From NCBI RefSeq assembly GCF_009914755.1, contig NC_060933.1: a stretch of 64,000 bases of DNA, one strand, 5' to 3'. The stretch is from the human T2T-CHM13v2.0 reference genome, Homo sapiens. The notes below the pieces were generated by a model, which made no database searches, was not told where the DNA came from, and saw only the letters and a list, made by a program, of their open reading frames with translations. Positions 42,506 through 57,359 of this stretch are shown here, piece after piece. Positions within the stretch are counted from its first letter, which is position 1. Every line of letters begins with the position of its first letter. The position numbers and the translations under genes are program-made.

Positions 42506-43939
42506 ATAATAGATATAGAGGAGATTGTGAGGCATAGATAAGGAGTACTAGATGGCCCTCAGGAGGAATTTGAAAGGACAATTTCAGAGGTAAGGGGATT
42601 AGATCAGCTTGAGACACATAAAGAACTCAAGAAGAGTGACTGGCACAAAACAAATACCCTGTACATATTCAGTTATTGTTGTTCCTATCTAATGGGCATA
42701 ATATCTGGAGGTAATGAATTACTAGATAGGATTGGAATGCTGGCAGTCATGGCTAGACCACGAATGATGTGACTTCCTAAAGCATCTACTTCCAATCTAC
42801 TAACTCTATTTCCCTGGATAAAAACAGATTAGAAGTTAATATAGTAATATAAAGGGCTATTTGATCTTCACAAATAAAGCAGGGAGAAAATTTACCATGA
42901 TACTAATTCCCAGGAACAAAGTATCCAAAACTGAAATACCGTTGTCATTACACATTTGCATTCACATTGGCATTGCCTATCAATTTGCTGATATTTGAAG
43001 CTTATTAGGATAGTATTTATTATTCCCAATATTTGCATGTCTTTTGAATGGTTACTTCATCTTTATAAGCCTTTGCGCGTAAAATAAAAATACTATATTA
43101 TAAGATCATTGTGAAAGACAGCAATGCCTGAAAAAAAATCAAAAAATACTTCACTGATATGAAGGATAATTGACTAATATTATTATACATCTCCCTCATT
43201 TCCAGAGTATTGCCTCAAGAGAAAGCCTGCCTTTTTAATGTTATTCGTAGATAAATTATCCATATCTGTGTTTCCAGCAGCAGTTGGCAGTAAGCTAAAT
43301 GTCAGTGCTTTTCCGCTTCTACTCTTATGTGAGGTGGGACAGTCACTATGTATGCTGTGTGATAGATACATCTGAGGGATGCTCCGATTCAAAATCCCTT
43401 TTCTGAGAACTAGTCCCTTTTCTACATCACTAAGAAAGGCTCCTGATGCCAATTTTGGTCCCATGTGACTCCACTGTTCTGAAATGAGAATGTTGTGGAT
43501 GAGTTGGTGAAAGTTTCTAGAACAAAGAGGCAGGATACCAAGGTAGCCCACAGAAGCTAGGAAGATAAATTTCAACTGGCCTTCACAAAGGAGTGTACTC
43601 ACAGACTGAAAAGCCATCAGAAATTAGGGCCACTTCTCTCCCTTAGGTCACAGCTTCAGATTAGCTTCACTTTCCTCTTTTATTGCAGGCTACTTTCATC
43701 TCTTTGGCTTCTAAATGACCCAGGCACAGTCACCCAGCCCCAACTCCACAAGATTGTCCATTTATTATTGCAAGCTCATAGAAGTCAACTATTCCAATGC
43801 AGAAATATTGGAGATAATAAATATTGCTCTAATAAGCTTCTAAAATCAAGAAATTAGCTGGCAATGCAAATGTTTATACAAATGTGTGATGAGATGGCAT
43901 CACCATTTCAGCTTTAAATGCTTTGTTGCATAGTGGTTA

Positions 43940-44200
43940 TCAGCACTATTGTGTGGTGTGAAGAGTGTATAAGGCTGGATTATCCAACTGCCTAGGTGCA
44001 AATTCTGGCACCACCATGTAATCACAATTTCACACTGTGCAGATTGGTAATGCCTTAGTATCGACATTATAAAGTGGATAAATAATAGTACCTACTTCGT
44101 AGGGTGGTTATAAGAAATATATGTGTTAATCGCAGCTAAAAGCACTTAGTTCAGTGGCTGGCACTTCTAGAGCCCTACTAAATATTGATGACCATTGTTA
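43940..44200 (+). mobile_element. MIR
   Basis: 'ctgcctaggtgcaaattctggc...ataatagtacctacttcgtagggtggt...aagcacttag'. Confidence 0.65.
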
Positions 44201-44929
44201 CTTCTCAAGGACTCTGCTCATACTCTCCCCAAAGGGTTCAATGGCTCACTTAAAATTTCCCCAACACTAGAGAGTGGAGAATAGTTTGAAAGCTATGTAC
44301 TTTGAGCAGAAAGGTGGGCGACAAAGTAGATTGGTAGGAAACTTCCCAAAGATTATTCAGCCAGAATTATTATTCCATGGTCCCAGATAGACAAAGGTGC
44401 GACAGCTGACCCAAGTAGGGCCTAGCACACATTGTCTTTCCCAGGAATTGTGGCTGGGAGAAAGGTTCAAATGAATCTTACCTGAACCTGCATAGTTGCA
44501 TTTTCCTGCACCAATCATTTCAAGTCTCTGAACCCCAACTATAAAATAAAGAGATTGGACTAGACTGTTCTCAGTGATCACCTGCAGCTCCGACACTCTG
44601 TAATCCCACGTTGAGTGCTCTATTGTGCAGTGATACAATATGGAAATTGCCAGTGTGGGTAAGTGAAACCTCAACATGAACTGTGCAGATAGCTGGTGAT
44701 TACACAATGGGAAATGTCGAGAAAATAACCTTATGGAGTGGAAAGTATTGGATTGTCTGATGATGACTTACTCTCCAATATGAAGATATAACTATGCTTG
44801 GCCGCTCAAGGATGAAAATGTAGTAATGTGTTAAAATGCTAATGAAATTGGAAGCCTATAATAGATGTTTAGAACAGTTTAGGTTACCAAGACACAGGAA
44901 GTTAGAGAGCATAGCTCATAAATCCTGAT

Positions 44930-45875
44930 GATAAGGCCAAACTCCTCAGAACATTCAAAGCCTTTTATAGTCTGATTCCAACTTGCCTTCGCAAGTTCAT
45001 CTCCCCTCTCAAACCCTCATAGACCCTGTTTTCAATCCATAATGAGCCATTTGACATTCCCCATACACAGCAGGCTCTTCTGTGCCATATGCATACAAAT
45101 TCTGTTGCTTCCACCTCCATATTTCACGTTGCTCCATCTCACTCTCATCATCTATTCCAATTCCTCATCACTCACCTCATAGGATTACTCAGAGGGTTTC
45201 TTGACTGGTCAACCCACCCCTAGTCTCTGTTCACTCTGATCCATTGTCCTTACAACCAGAGTATTTTTCTTAATCACGTATCTTCGATCATATCTGTCTG
45301 CTTAAAATTCTTTAATGATTTTTAATTGCCTTTAACACAAAATCCAAATTATTCAATAGGGTTTGCAAGACCTTTCATGATCATTTAGCTACTGTTCTCA
45401 GCTCATCCTGCATCATTCACTTTTCTGCATAGCATGCTTCAGGCTAGCTGACAGAATTTCCCTTTCTCAGACAAGATGACTTCTCCTTGACCCTTCCCCA
45501 TCTGCTAGTTCCTCTGTCTGCAATCTAACTCTCTCACTACTCCTTGCCTGACTTTCTTCTACAAAGGAAGGTCTCCCTTCACCACCAAGATGACATTAAG
45601 TTTCTTAGCTGTTTGTACTCAGGTTCTTTTTGTATTGTAACACCCTCATCTTTTGCACCTATCTGTTAGATAATGCTATTTCCTTTACTTAAATGTCTTT
45701 TAGTCCCCTTTCCTGGGCAAATTTCTACTTGTTGTCAAAGCCCAGCTCCAATGTTACTACCTTGGGAAAAGTCTTCCTAATTCCACAAGGTCACTGCTCA
45801 CTCCCTCTTCAGTGCTGTCATGGAAATTCCTACAGAGTCCTCTTGGTCACAATGCATTTTATTGCTAAAAGTTAG
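44930..45875 (+). mobile_element. L2 fragments
   Basis: 'ggccaaactcctcag...ctgcttaaaattctttaatg...aaaatccaaatt...caagacctttcatgatc'. Confidence 0.5.
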
Positions 45876-48717
45876 AACTTTGTTCCAGAAAACATTTCAC
45901 AATGTACCCCAGGCAGATATACTATTTTTGTGGTGATGCAGAGAATGATGGAAAAACTCAAGTTCTAAAATAATTTGGTACTAAAATAAATGTCAGGATC
46001 TAACTCCAGAGTAGGGCAGAATGGGACTAGTTACTTTATACACACGCTCACACGCACATACACACTTACATATCTAAATTCCAGATGACCATTCTTGGAG
46101 ATGGCCATTTAGTTCTCCTAAATGCATGTGAACATTCTAACTATCATTCTTCTTCTCAAGTAGCAATAATTCTACATGTTCTATATTTAAAGCCCTCAGT
46201 AAGATGTGGCCAAGAACATAAATGTTGCTTCCCTTTCTTTCATAATGTAATGATCTTCTTGTTGGGATATTAATCAATAACCAATTTCATAGTTGGACAA
46301 CTGTTTTTAATGGCCTTCTACCTTGAAGGGATTGTTGCACAAGCCTTTAGATCACTCCTTTAAGGACATGTCACCAAAAGGGCAAATTCACTTACTTGTC
46401 ATAAAGCAGAAGCCAAAAGCCTCATTATACTAATTAAGAAAAGAAGCATTTGGGTCTTTGTTGGTTGAGAGCTCAGAAGTTTCAATTCTGGATGTGAAAA
46501 TGGAATCAAGTGGACTCATCCCATCAAATAAATTTGGAATAATATTAAAAGGGCCACAGATCATGTTAATCATGGAGTCATGGGCCCTTGGGTGTTGCCT
46601 AAGTTTGGTTATTTCAAAAAGAAGTATGCCTGCTGCCTAATCTTGGCTGTACAGACATAACCAAGGGATTTGCCGGCCTCTTCTTCCCATGAGTTTATTT
46701 GCCTTCAATAACTGTATCTTCCTTCAGGTGGTCTTTTTAATGAAATATTTTTAGTCTTTGAAGAACTAAACTCAACATTTTGTCTTCAATTAGTTTGTAG
46801 AGAATGAATGGAATGAATTGGATGCTGAATAATTCTCATGTAACTCTTACTAATGCTGACATTCTTGATGTCTAAACTTTAAGCATCTGATATTTAGACT
46901 GGGATTAAGCAAAAATGTATTAATTACCTATGTTATGGGTTTCATCCTTTAACATACACCAAAATTCCCAAAATAACCCTAAGAATCATTTTTTTAAAAT
47001 ATCCTTGTTTTGTTAATGAGAAAACCAAACCTCAAGAAGTTAATATGAACTGTAATTTTAAACAAAAATTTCCTCAAATCACAGCTTTTTCTGCTACACT
47101 ATGGCAAACCACCATTTTTCTCAATATTCCACCTCTCTATATTGTAATTGGCTATCTGTGTATCTATGAATCTATCGATCCATCATCTCCTCATTATTTA
47201 AAGTAATTCCCTTAGATTCATCTTGGTTTCTAGATGCATATATTGGCTACAATTAAAGAAGACTTTCCAACATATAGTTCTTACCTTATCACTCTTCTGA
47301 GAAAAAGTCATTCAGAATAGCTCCCGCTCTTCAAACAGTCGTATTACAACATTTTAAACATATTTTACACTTTTCATAGTTCATGCATTAGCTCATGCTT
47401 TTCCCTTCATCTAGGGTGCCCTTTTCACCAAAAAATCACTTATTTCAGTATCTTTTACTCCCCTAAGTCTATTCAAATGCTTCCACCTTTCTGAACTCCC
47501 TTTTCAATCTCACTGTCTACCTTCTGAAGATATGAGGCCCCTCTTTCCCTTCTTGGAATTTCCCTAGTAGATTATTTGAATTTTTTTCTGTGACTCTTTA
47601 TCTCTTCCTACCTTGAATTTCATATGTGTCTGGCTACTTTTTCTGCTAAACTTTAAACTATTTAAGAACAAATCCAGCCTCTAACTTTACCATCTGTTCA
47701 CTGTCAGATCCCTGGATTCTCTTCCCCTTTGGTCCACTATTACTGACTCAACAAGTGAATTCTGCTCGTTAGCAGCTCCACAAAACTGTGGCGTTCCCAT
47801 GTCCCACAGCCAACCTTACAAAGCAAACAGATTAACCGGACACCACAGGACCAGGTTTGTGGTGCAATGTCCCTTCAATAGTCTTGCGTTTAGCTCTGCA
47901 TGGGAGGGGGTGCATTGCCAACCTGAAAATGAGATATCTGGGCCAGTCAATGTTAGCCAAGGGCTATGATGTTGAAAATATTATTTGGGAAAAAAACACT
48001 ACCCTGTAACAGAACTAAAAGCTCCTAGATTCTGAAAGGAATACCAATATTCTGTCTCTCAGAGAAAACAAGATTTATTTTTTCACCACTAAAAATTTTA
48101 TTGTTTTCCAAAATCAGACCTGGCTTAGTGGCTGTTAGAACACTCTCAGATGGCACCCCCATTTCAGTCTGTCCATTAGCTCATTGATGCCTGACAGATG
48201 ACTTCCTTCTTCAACCTGTCCTTTTTTTTCCTTTTCTTCTTCCTTCCTACTTTCCTTCCTTCCTTTCTTCCTTTGTTTCTTTAATATATATTATTTTTTG
48301 TTAGATATTGGGGAAATATTTCGGTGCTATTAAGGTAGTGTGAAACAGGTATTATGACCAGGAAACTTGAGAACCTTCAAATGCTGCACCAAATCCATGA
48401 TCACAAAATGTCTGATAAAATATAAAGCAAAGTGACACTACTGTTAACTCTGGCTCTAGCCCAAAACCTCAATGTTGAAAACTCTAGGAAGCTAAACCCA
48501 ATAATTTCTTTTATCCTAATCTTATTAGTCTTAAAGAGTTTTAGATAAAACCAGATTATGGGGTCCACTCTATTTCATTACCTGTAACAGTTGAAGCTAA
48601 TCCTTGGATCTTACCACTAAGAGGTAAGAAAAAGTTGGTCCAACCCACCCCTGCCATAACTAGGAAGCTGAATTAAACAGTGAGCTAACACCATAATAAC
48701 TCATTTTTTAAAAATCA

Positions 48718-49076
<359 letters not shown>

Positions 49077-49724
49077 TCAGTGAGTTTATATATGACCAGT
49101 CAAGTTCAGGGCTCCTTCTCTGCTGAGGTGGAGGGAAATGCTTTTCCTCTTGATTGATTAGGGAAAGCCCTTAAGTTCTTCTCAGAGATCAATAGGCCTG
49201 CTCCATGCCAGGCGCCATGCTAGGCTCTGGAGACACAAAGATAAATAAGACCCAAAGTCTCTGTCTTGGTCTAATGGGGAAGGCAGACAAGTAAATAATT
49301 CTAAATCTATGTGATGAGAAACAGTAGAAGCAGAGCTGATATTGAGATAGTGAGCACTGGTATGACCATACAAGTTGATAAAATACTGAAATGCTTTTAT
49401 AAATACCCGCTTTCTGGAACCCATCAGTAGCCTCCAGTGTCACCCACTGTCCCTGCCAACCCTATCCTCTCCCCACCTCAGACTTCAGGGTCCAGCAGAG
49501 GTCACCATGACCCTATTCTAGATCAAGAGTTAGTAACCATTCTAATGAGTCAGTGCTTGGGATGACCCCTGAGTGGAGATATACGCAAAGTACTATAGTA
49601 GGATGGAGAAGAGAAAATCCCCTCTAGCTAGAAGAGTGTGAGTCTTACAAAATACATACAACTTGAAGAGGAGGGGGCACTGGAGTGAAGTCTTGAAGAC
49701 TGAGGAGGAGTTCACCAGATGAGC

Positions 49725-50267
49725 TGTATTAGTCAGGGTTCTCTAGAGGGACAGGACTAATAGGACAGATGTACTTATGAAAAGGAGTTTATTAAGGAGT
49801 ATTGACTCACACAACCACAAGGTGAAGTCACACAATAGGCCGTCTGCAGGCTGAGGAGCAAGGAAGCCAGTCCAAGTCCCAAAACCTCAAAAGTAGGGAA
49901 GCTGACAGTGCAGCCTTCAGTCTGAGGCTGAATCTGAGGCCAAAGGCCCTAGAGCCCCTGGCAAACCACTGGTGTAAGTCCAAGAGTCCAAAAGCTGAAG
50001 AACTTGGAGTCCAAAGCCTCCAGCACAAGAGAAAGTTGGAGGCCAGTCTTATCCAGTCTAGTCCTTACACTTTCCTCTGCCTGCTTTCATCCTAGCTGTG
50101 CTGGCGGCTGATTAGATGGTGCCCACCCAGATTGAGGGTGGGTCTGCCTCTCCTAGTCCACTGACTCAAATGTTAATCACCTTTGACAATGCACTCACAG
50201 ACACAGGAGGAACAATACTTTGCGTCCTTCAATCCAATCAAGTTGACACTCAATATTAACTATCACA
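49725..50267 (-). mobile_element. MLT2A2-like (HERVL) solo LTR
   Basis: TGTATTAGTCAGGGTTCTCTAGAGGGACAG...CAATCAAGTTGACACTCAATATTAACTATCACA, 543 bp, TSD tgagc/tgggc. Confidence 0.9.
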
Positions 50268-50799
50268 TGGGCTTTACAAGCAAAGCATACACCATGCATT
50301 AAGACAAAGAAGAGTGTCCCTTGTAATGAAAATAGAGTTAACTCAATGAATCTTGGATGCAAAGAGAGTTGCATAAAGGGGAAGAGACAGGAAATGGTTC
50401 TGAGAATTAAGTGAAGAGCCTTGTATGTCTTTTACTTATGGGTAACAGGAAGTTTTAATGAGGGTATACCATTACAATTGCTTCCATTGTTAAACAAATA
50501 GTGGGAAGAACATAAGTCTTGTTCCATGTTTTTTTCTAATTTTAGGATTAGTTTTTGATGAGTCCACAAAGAGAGGATAATAGGTTAGTTCTGTCTGATA
50601 TGATTGCAAAATACCAGAACTCTTTTCCCAAATCCTATCTGCTATGAACTGCCAGTGAACCTCCTTTTTTTCTCGGTCTATTTGTTGGAGAAATAAAGTC
50701 AATGTGTGTATTACACATGGTGGCAGTTATTTCTTTTATTAAATCAAAGCTTATAAAATAAGATGTGAAGCATGATTCTCCGTTCAACTTGACAATCTT

Positions 50800-51051
50800 T
50801 TTTTTAAATATACTTTAAGTTCTGGGATACATGTGCAGAACATGCAGGTTTGTTACACAGGTATACACGTGCCATGGTGGTTTGCTGCACCCACCAACAC
50901 GTCATCTACATTAGGTATTTCTCCTAATGCTATCCCTCCCCTAGCTCCCCACTCCCCAACAGGCCCCAGTGTGTGATATTCCCCCACTGCGTCCATGTGT
51001 TCTCATTGTTCAACTCCCACTTATGAGTGAGAACATGCAGTGTTCGGTTAT
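50800..51051 (-). mobile_element. Short L1PA (PA7-like) 3' fragment
   Basis: 'tatactttaagttctgggatacatgtgcagaacatgcagg'; TSD cttgacaatctt (50788-50799) / cttggcaatctt (51052-51063). Confidence 0.9.
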
Positions 51052-52152
51052 CTTGGCAATCTTATAGACACTGGGCAGCACATGAGATAGAGAATGGAGG
51101 AACTCAAACATTCATCTAGATATTGTTCCCAGTGCTTCACACAAAGTAGGTGTTCAGTGCTGTCCAAATTCATTAATCATTATTTCCTATAAATCTTCAC
51201 CATTCTGAAACAAAGTGTTATTCTCCCTCCAGAAGATGTAATTAATCCCTTTCTTCCCTTTGGCCATTTTAATCACTCTTCTCTAAAATAAATCCATTTT
51301 GAGGAGCAGCAGCCAGAGCTCAGGAAACATACCTGCCCTCTGTGCTGAGGAGGAGTTCATGGTCTCTGTTTCATGACCGATGCGTACCAAACTCATCTCA
51401 AGTTCTATTGCATACCTACAGTTTGTCAGGTGCTGTGAGATAGATTCTGAAATTCCAAACACAAAGAGGATAGGGTGCAGCCCTGACTCTGCGTGAAGAA
51501 TACAAACAGGTGAAACTGTAATCCCATCACTTTTCCAGGTACAAGTGGTTTTTTCCCAAGGATATTAACTTAGATCAATGACTCCAGGATATAGTTTGTT
51601 TGCCAAAGTGTGTTCAGTGGATTTAACCAGTTCTGCAGACTATTAGTTGGTGGTACATATGCAAAGGGTTTCACTGATTGATTACATTTGAAAATCACTG
51701 GGTAGGAAAAAGTCTTTCCTGCAGAGCTTCTATAAGCTTTTATTAAGCACATGCACATGTTGTGGCTATCCAACATGGGGAGAGTCTCCCAAATCCAATC
51801 AACCAGAAGTTCTTTTGCTGCAGATTATTTCAAGAAGAATGAACTTCTCCCAGGAATATACTTAGGGAAAATGCTGATCTGCTCTGTCCTGGGTAAAGAG
51901 TGAGCCCATCATCTCAAGAATGTACCTAGGAGTGTTTCCTCTAATTTCATTTATTTACTTATACTTACACTGGTGCCTATCTGACTTCTTAAGCAAACTC
52001 TTCCCATCTCACAGGGCCTTCCTGCAGTGGGTCTCAAAACCTTGGCATCTCACTAACTAGAAGGGCTTGGTGGCATCACAACTGGAGACTCCACTGTGAA
52101 TGTACATGATTTCTAAATTGCTCAACAAAGTCAATCCCAGCAGCTATCTCTT

Positions 52153-52186
52153 AAAAAAAAAAAAAAAGTGTGTATGTATATGTGTA

Positions 52187-52234
<48 letters not shown>
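52153..52234. repeat. A15 followed by a compound (TG/TA)n-(TG)n microsatellite
   Basis: Read directly from the sequence. Confidence 0.95.
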
Positions 52235-52236
<2 letters not shown>

Positions 52237-52449
52237 GGATGCTTTATTTTACTCCTTAAGGTAGAAAAGTTTCCATTTATTTCTACTCATTTCCTCTTTT
52301 TAAAATATGAGAGATTATATTTTCTAAACAATTGTGCTCTTAGTGAACCTAAAAAACATATTCTTATGATAACAGAATCTATAGTTCCTTGCTTTGTTAA
52401 ACTCTTCATTTTGATAAAATTACACCTATCACTGTGAAAGTACTAAAAT

Positions 52450-53680
52450 AAAACACTGGGGAAGCTCTCCAGAACATTGGTCTAAGCAAAGATTTCTTGA
52501 GTAAAACCTCAAAAGCACAGGCAACCAAAGCAAAAATAGATAAACAGGATCACATCAAGTTAAAAAGCTTCTACACAGCAAAGAAAACAATCAACAGAGT
52601 TAACAGACAACCCACAGAATGGGAGAAAATTCTTGCAAACTATCCATCTGACAAGGGATTAAAACCCAGAATATATAAGGAGCTCATATATCTCGAAAGG
52701 AAAAAATCCAATAATCCAATTTAAGAATGGATAAAAGATCTGAATAGACATTTCTCAAATGAGAATGGCCAACCAGTACATGAAAAAAATGTTCAACATC
52801 ACTAACCATTAGAGAAATGCAATCAAAACCACAGTGAGATATGATCTCATCCCAGTTAGAACTGCTTTTATCCAAAAGACAGGCAATAACAAATGCTGAT
52901 GAGGATGTGGAGAAAGGGGAACCCTCATACACTGTTGGTGGGAATTCAAATTAGTACAACTACTATGGAGAACAGTTTGGAAGTCTTCAAAAAACTAAAA
53001 ATAGAGCAACCATATGATCCAGCATTCCTACTACTGGGTACATACCCAAAAGATGGGAAATCAGTATATCAAAGATAGATCTGCACTCCCCTGTTTATTG
53101 CAGCATGATTTACAATAGCCAGGATTTGGAATCAACCTAAGTGCTCATCAACAGACTGATGAATAAACAAATGTGGTACATGTACACAATGGAATATTAT
53201 TCAGCCATAAAATGAATAAAATTCTGTCATTTGCAACAACATGGATGAAACTGGATAACATTCTGTTAAGTGAAATAAGTCAAGCACAAAAAGACAAATA
53301 TCACATGTTCTCATTCATTCATGGGATCTAATTTGTTTTTTAATGAACCCATAGAAATAGAGAATAGAAGGGTGGTTACCAGAGGCTGGGAAGGGTTGCA
53401 TGGAGGAGTGGGGAAAGTGAAGATACTTAATGGGTACAAAAATATGGTTAGACAGTATTTGATAGTACAAGTATTGTTTACTATAGTAAACAATAATTTA
53501 TTGTATATTTTAAAGAAACTAAAAGAGTGGAATTGGAATGCTCCTAACACATGGAAACGATAAATGAGGTGACGGATACCCCATTTACCCTGATGTGATG
53601 GCTACTCATTGTATGCTTGTACCACAATATCACATGTACTCCATATACACCTACTATGTTCCCCTAAAAATAATAACCAT
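52450..53680 (+). mobile_element. L1MA (MA1-3-like) 3' 1.2 kb
   Basis: Peptide [25 protein letters not shown]; 3'UTR 'ggataccccatttaccctgatgtga...tatacacctactatgt'. Confidence 0.88.
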
Positions 53681-53899
53681 GAATAATCATCTTTTAAAAA
53701 AAAATTCCCTCTATCAGAATGAAGGTACAATAAGTTATATAAATCAACATTTGGCAAATGGAATTCTATGCTGACATTTCTATTTAGGAATTGGTATTTT
53801 ATTTGGAGGATAGACATCTGCTCAATTTATTAAAAGCAATTGACTTGTTTGAAGAGGTCAGCTACTGGTGATGAATCTCTTTGTTCTCAAAAGATTACA

Positions 53900-54203
53900 G
53901 GCAGTGGCTTGCACCTGCAATTCTAGAAGTTTGAGAGGCTGAGGTGAGGGAATCACTTGAGTCCAAAAGTTCGAGACCAGCCTGGGCAACATAGTGAGAC
54001 ACGCTTCTCTGAAAAAAAAAAAATTAGCCAGGCATAGTGGCACAGGCCTGTAGTACCAGCTACTCAGGAGGCTGAGGAGGAAGGATTACTTGAGCCCAGG
54101 AGGTCAAGGCTGCAGTGAGCCAAGATCATGTCATTGCACTCCAGCCTGGGTAACAGAGTGAGACCTTGCCTGAGGAAAAAAAACCAAAAAAACAAAAAAA
54201 GAA
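53900..54203 (+). mobile_element. AluJ
   Basis: 'gagaccagcctgggcaacatagtgagac' and 'cttgagcccaggaggtcaaggctgcagtgagc'. Confidence 0.9.
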
Positions 54204-54827
54204 CAATTTTACCAGCTTCTTCATGTGCTTCTGGTCTTTCCTTGAAGATAATAATTAAAAGTATAGTACAATTCCTTTATTCAAAAGTATTTATTGAGCA
54301 CCTACTATGTGCCTGACACCATGCTAGAGGCATGGGGTATAAATGGCAATCAGAACAGTGTTTAGTTGTCTGTGTGTTGAGATGAAAGCATTGTTTATGC
54401 TGAAATATGGCTGAAGAGTGTGCCTGAGGAATTACACAAATTTGGCTACATAGAAAGAGGTTATTTCTCTGCCTTCTCCTCTCCTCCTCTCCTGACTCCA
54501 AGTCCCAAGAAAAGTAAATGGTGTTAAAACTGCAGTTCATATTTTTGTGGGGCCAGAGGAGCTAATGAAAACACAGTAGGTCTGAGTGATAACTGCCTCC
54601 TTGGCAGTCTGTAGGAGAGAAAAAACAGTGGGTTGCCAGGTGGTTCTGAATGCTATGAACTGCTCTCTTAAACGTGTAATCATGGAGAAGAAGCCTTCGT
54701 GACTTCAGTGCCTTATAGCAGCCATTGCAAAGCTCAGTAATGTTACTGCCAGTTTGGTTTTTTTAAGGTGTTTTAGTAGTTGATATGGGATGGGGGAAAA
54801 GGGGTGCACTAAAAAGACCTATTTTTA

Positions 54828-54935
54828 AAGAGGTACAGTGTACACTATTTGAGTGAGGGTTACACTAAAAGCCCAGACATCACCACTACCCAATATATCC
54901 ACGTAACAAAACTGCACTTGTACCGTATAATTTAA
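54828..54935 (+). mobile_element. L1PB4-like 3' end
   Basis: 'ggtacagtgtacact...cactaaaagcccagacatcaccactac...gtaacaaaactgcacttgtacc'. Confidence 0.75.
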
Positions 54936-54939
54936 AATA

Positions 54940-55212
54940 TATATGTATTTTTATTTTAAGTTCTGGGGTACATGTGCAGGATGTGCAGGTTTGTTACATA
55001 GGTAAACATGTGCCATGGTGGTTTGCTGCACCCATCAACCCAACACCTAGGTGTTAAGCCGAACATGCATTAGCATTAGCTACTTTTCCTAATGCTCTCC
55101 CTCCCCCAACCCCACCCCTGACAGGCCCCAGTGTTTGTTATTCCCCTCCCTGTGTCCATCTGTTCTCATTGTTCAGCTCCCACTTATAAGTGAGAACATG
55201 CAGTGTTTGACT
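54940..55212 (-). mobile_element. Short L1PA (PA8-like) 3' fragment
   Basis: 'ttttaagttctggggtacatgtgcaggatgtgcagg...atgcattagcta'; decayed TSD gtaccgtataattt / gtaccctataacttt. Confidence 0.88.
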
Positions 55213-55269
55213 AACGTACCCTATAACTTTAAAAAATATACAAAGGAAAGAATGGGTTTTCATAATGTA

Positions 55270-55440
55270 GATCAGCAGTTGTCTACCCTGAATATGCACG
55301 AAAATTTCCTGGCAGGCTTATTACAACACAGTTTCCTGGGGTTCACCCCTAGATTTTCTGATTCAGTAAGTCTGGAGTGGAGCCCTAAAATTTACATTTT
55401 TAATAAGGTCCCAGGTGTTTCTAATGCTGATCCAAGGACA
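55270..55440. mobile_element. MER5A
   Basis: 'cacccctagattttctgattcagtaagtctggagtggagccctaaaatttacatttttaataaggtcccaggtg'. Confidence 0.75.
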
Positions 55441-55952
55441 TGTCTTCTTCCCGGATGTGGAAGTTCTCAGTACTCAAGTTGCTCCCACTGCAGGACAACT
55501 AGAAAGTAAAAATATTTAGGACACGGATTCCAGGGTGGGAGGATGGAGGAGTTGGCTAGATTAAATAGAACTGGTATTTTTGAGAACTTACTCATAATGC
55601 CAGGAGTTTTATATACATTGTCTCATTTATCCCACTGCACACCTGGCCAGTTAGCACGTGTCAAAGTAAAAATCAACTCATTCATCAGGGAACAAAAAAG
55701 AGATGTTTTCTTCTCTAAAGAGTTAAATATCATATGCTGGCTATATATTTATGTGAGAATATATAATTTCCTCTTGTTTTTAACACAGGTATACTTTAAA
55801 TGTTTCTTGAGATTTAACTCTAAGTAATTAAAGGAGGCTGGCTTTTCTCGTGAGATAAGAGTCACCACATAAAACAACTTTGCTTTTGAAAGAATTAGAT
55901 TTAATACATTTGAAGTTCTTCTACAGATTCCTACTCAAAGTGGATGTCATGA

Positions 55953-56274
<322 letters not shown>

Positions 56275-56873
56275 AAAAATTTTCTTCTTTAGACTATAAA
56301 CTTTACATATGATTCAATGGGAATCACATGTGATTTTGTAGCCTCATTCATTTGCTACACTGTACACACTCAATAAATTTTACTTAGTAAATGGATCCTT
56401 CACACACTCAAAATAGGGCAAATGTTTACGTGTGATTAAAGTAGCCTAAAGGTCCCCCTAAACAAGATTCTCTTTATGTTTAAGCAGCCCTCTTTAAAAC
56501 CCAACATAGCACCTGTGAGGAATTGTGCTACTTCCTCAACATCCTAATATCAATTACTCTAAAATCAGATGGGCTTCAGTGTACAGGCTCTACTTCTGAC
56601 CAGAACGGCTTTGCTTTATTAGAATTGGGGGTGTGAAGGTAGATTCCTGCATACAGAATGCTGAAAAGGGCAGAGCTAGTTAGGACAGAAAAAGACAGTC
56701 CTGGGTCAGAAAAGGGCAACTTGAATGCTCAGGTCAGCTGTAGCAGAAGAATAGGAGAAGAGGTCTCTGGAGCCAAATTTCCTCCCAGAGTACTGCCTTT
56801 GCTGGAGGAGACCCAAGGTAAAATGACTTAAGTGCTGTTTTACTTTCCTAGGGCTTCATTCTTAGAATCATAG

Positions 56874-57179
<306 letters not shown>

Positions 57180-57359
57180 GAGCCTAAGGGATCTTAAAGT
57201 TCCCCTGATTAATATTTAAATATCTTTTACCAAACTTCCATCAATTACTGTGACTAACTTGATTGTAGCCTTCCTGAACAAGTTCAAAGCTCAGGAATCC
57301 ATTTCATCAAGGGACAAATCACTCAGTTAAAACATTATTATTATACCAGTGATGATTTA

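Noticed and set aside
56322-56335. 14-bp perfect palindrome AATCACATGTGATT
   Set aside because: A few palindromes of this length are expected by chance in 64 kb of AT-rich DNA; no supporting context.
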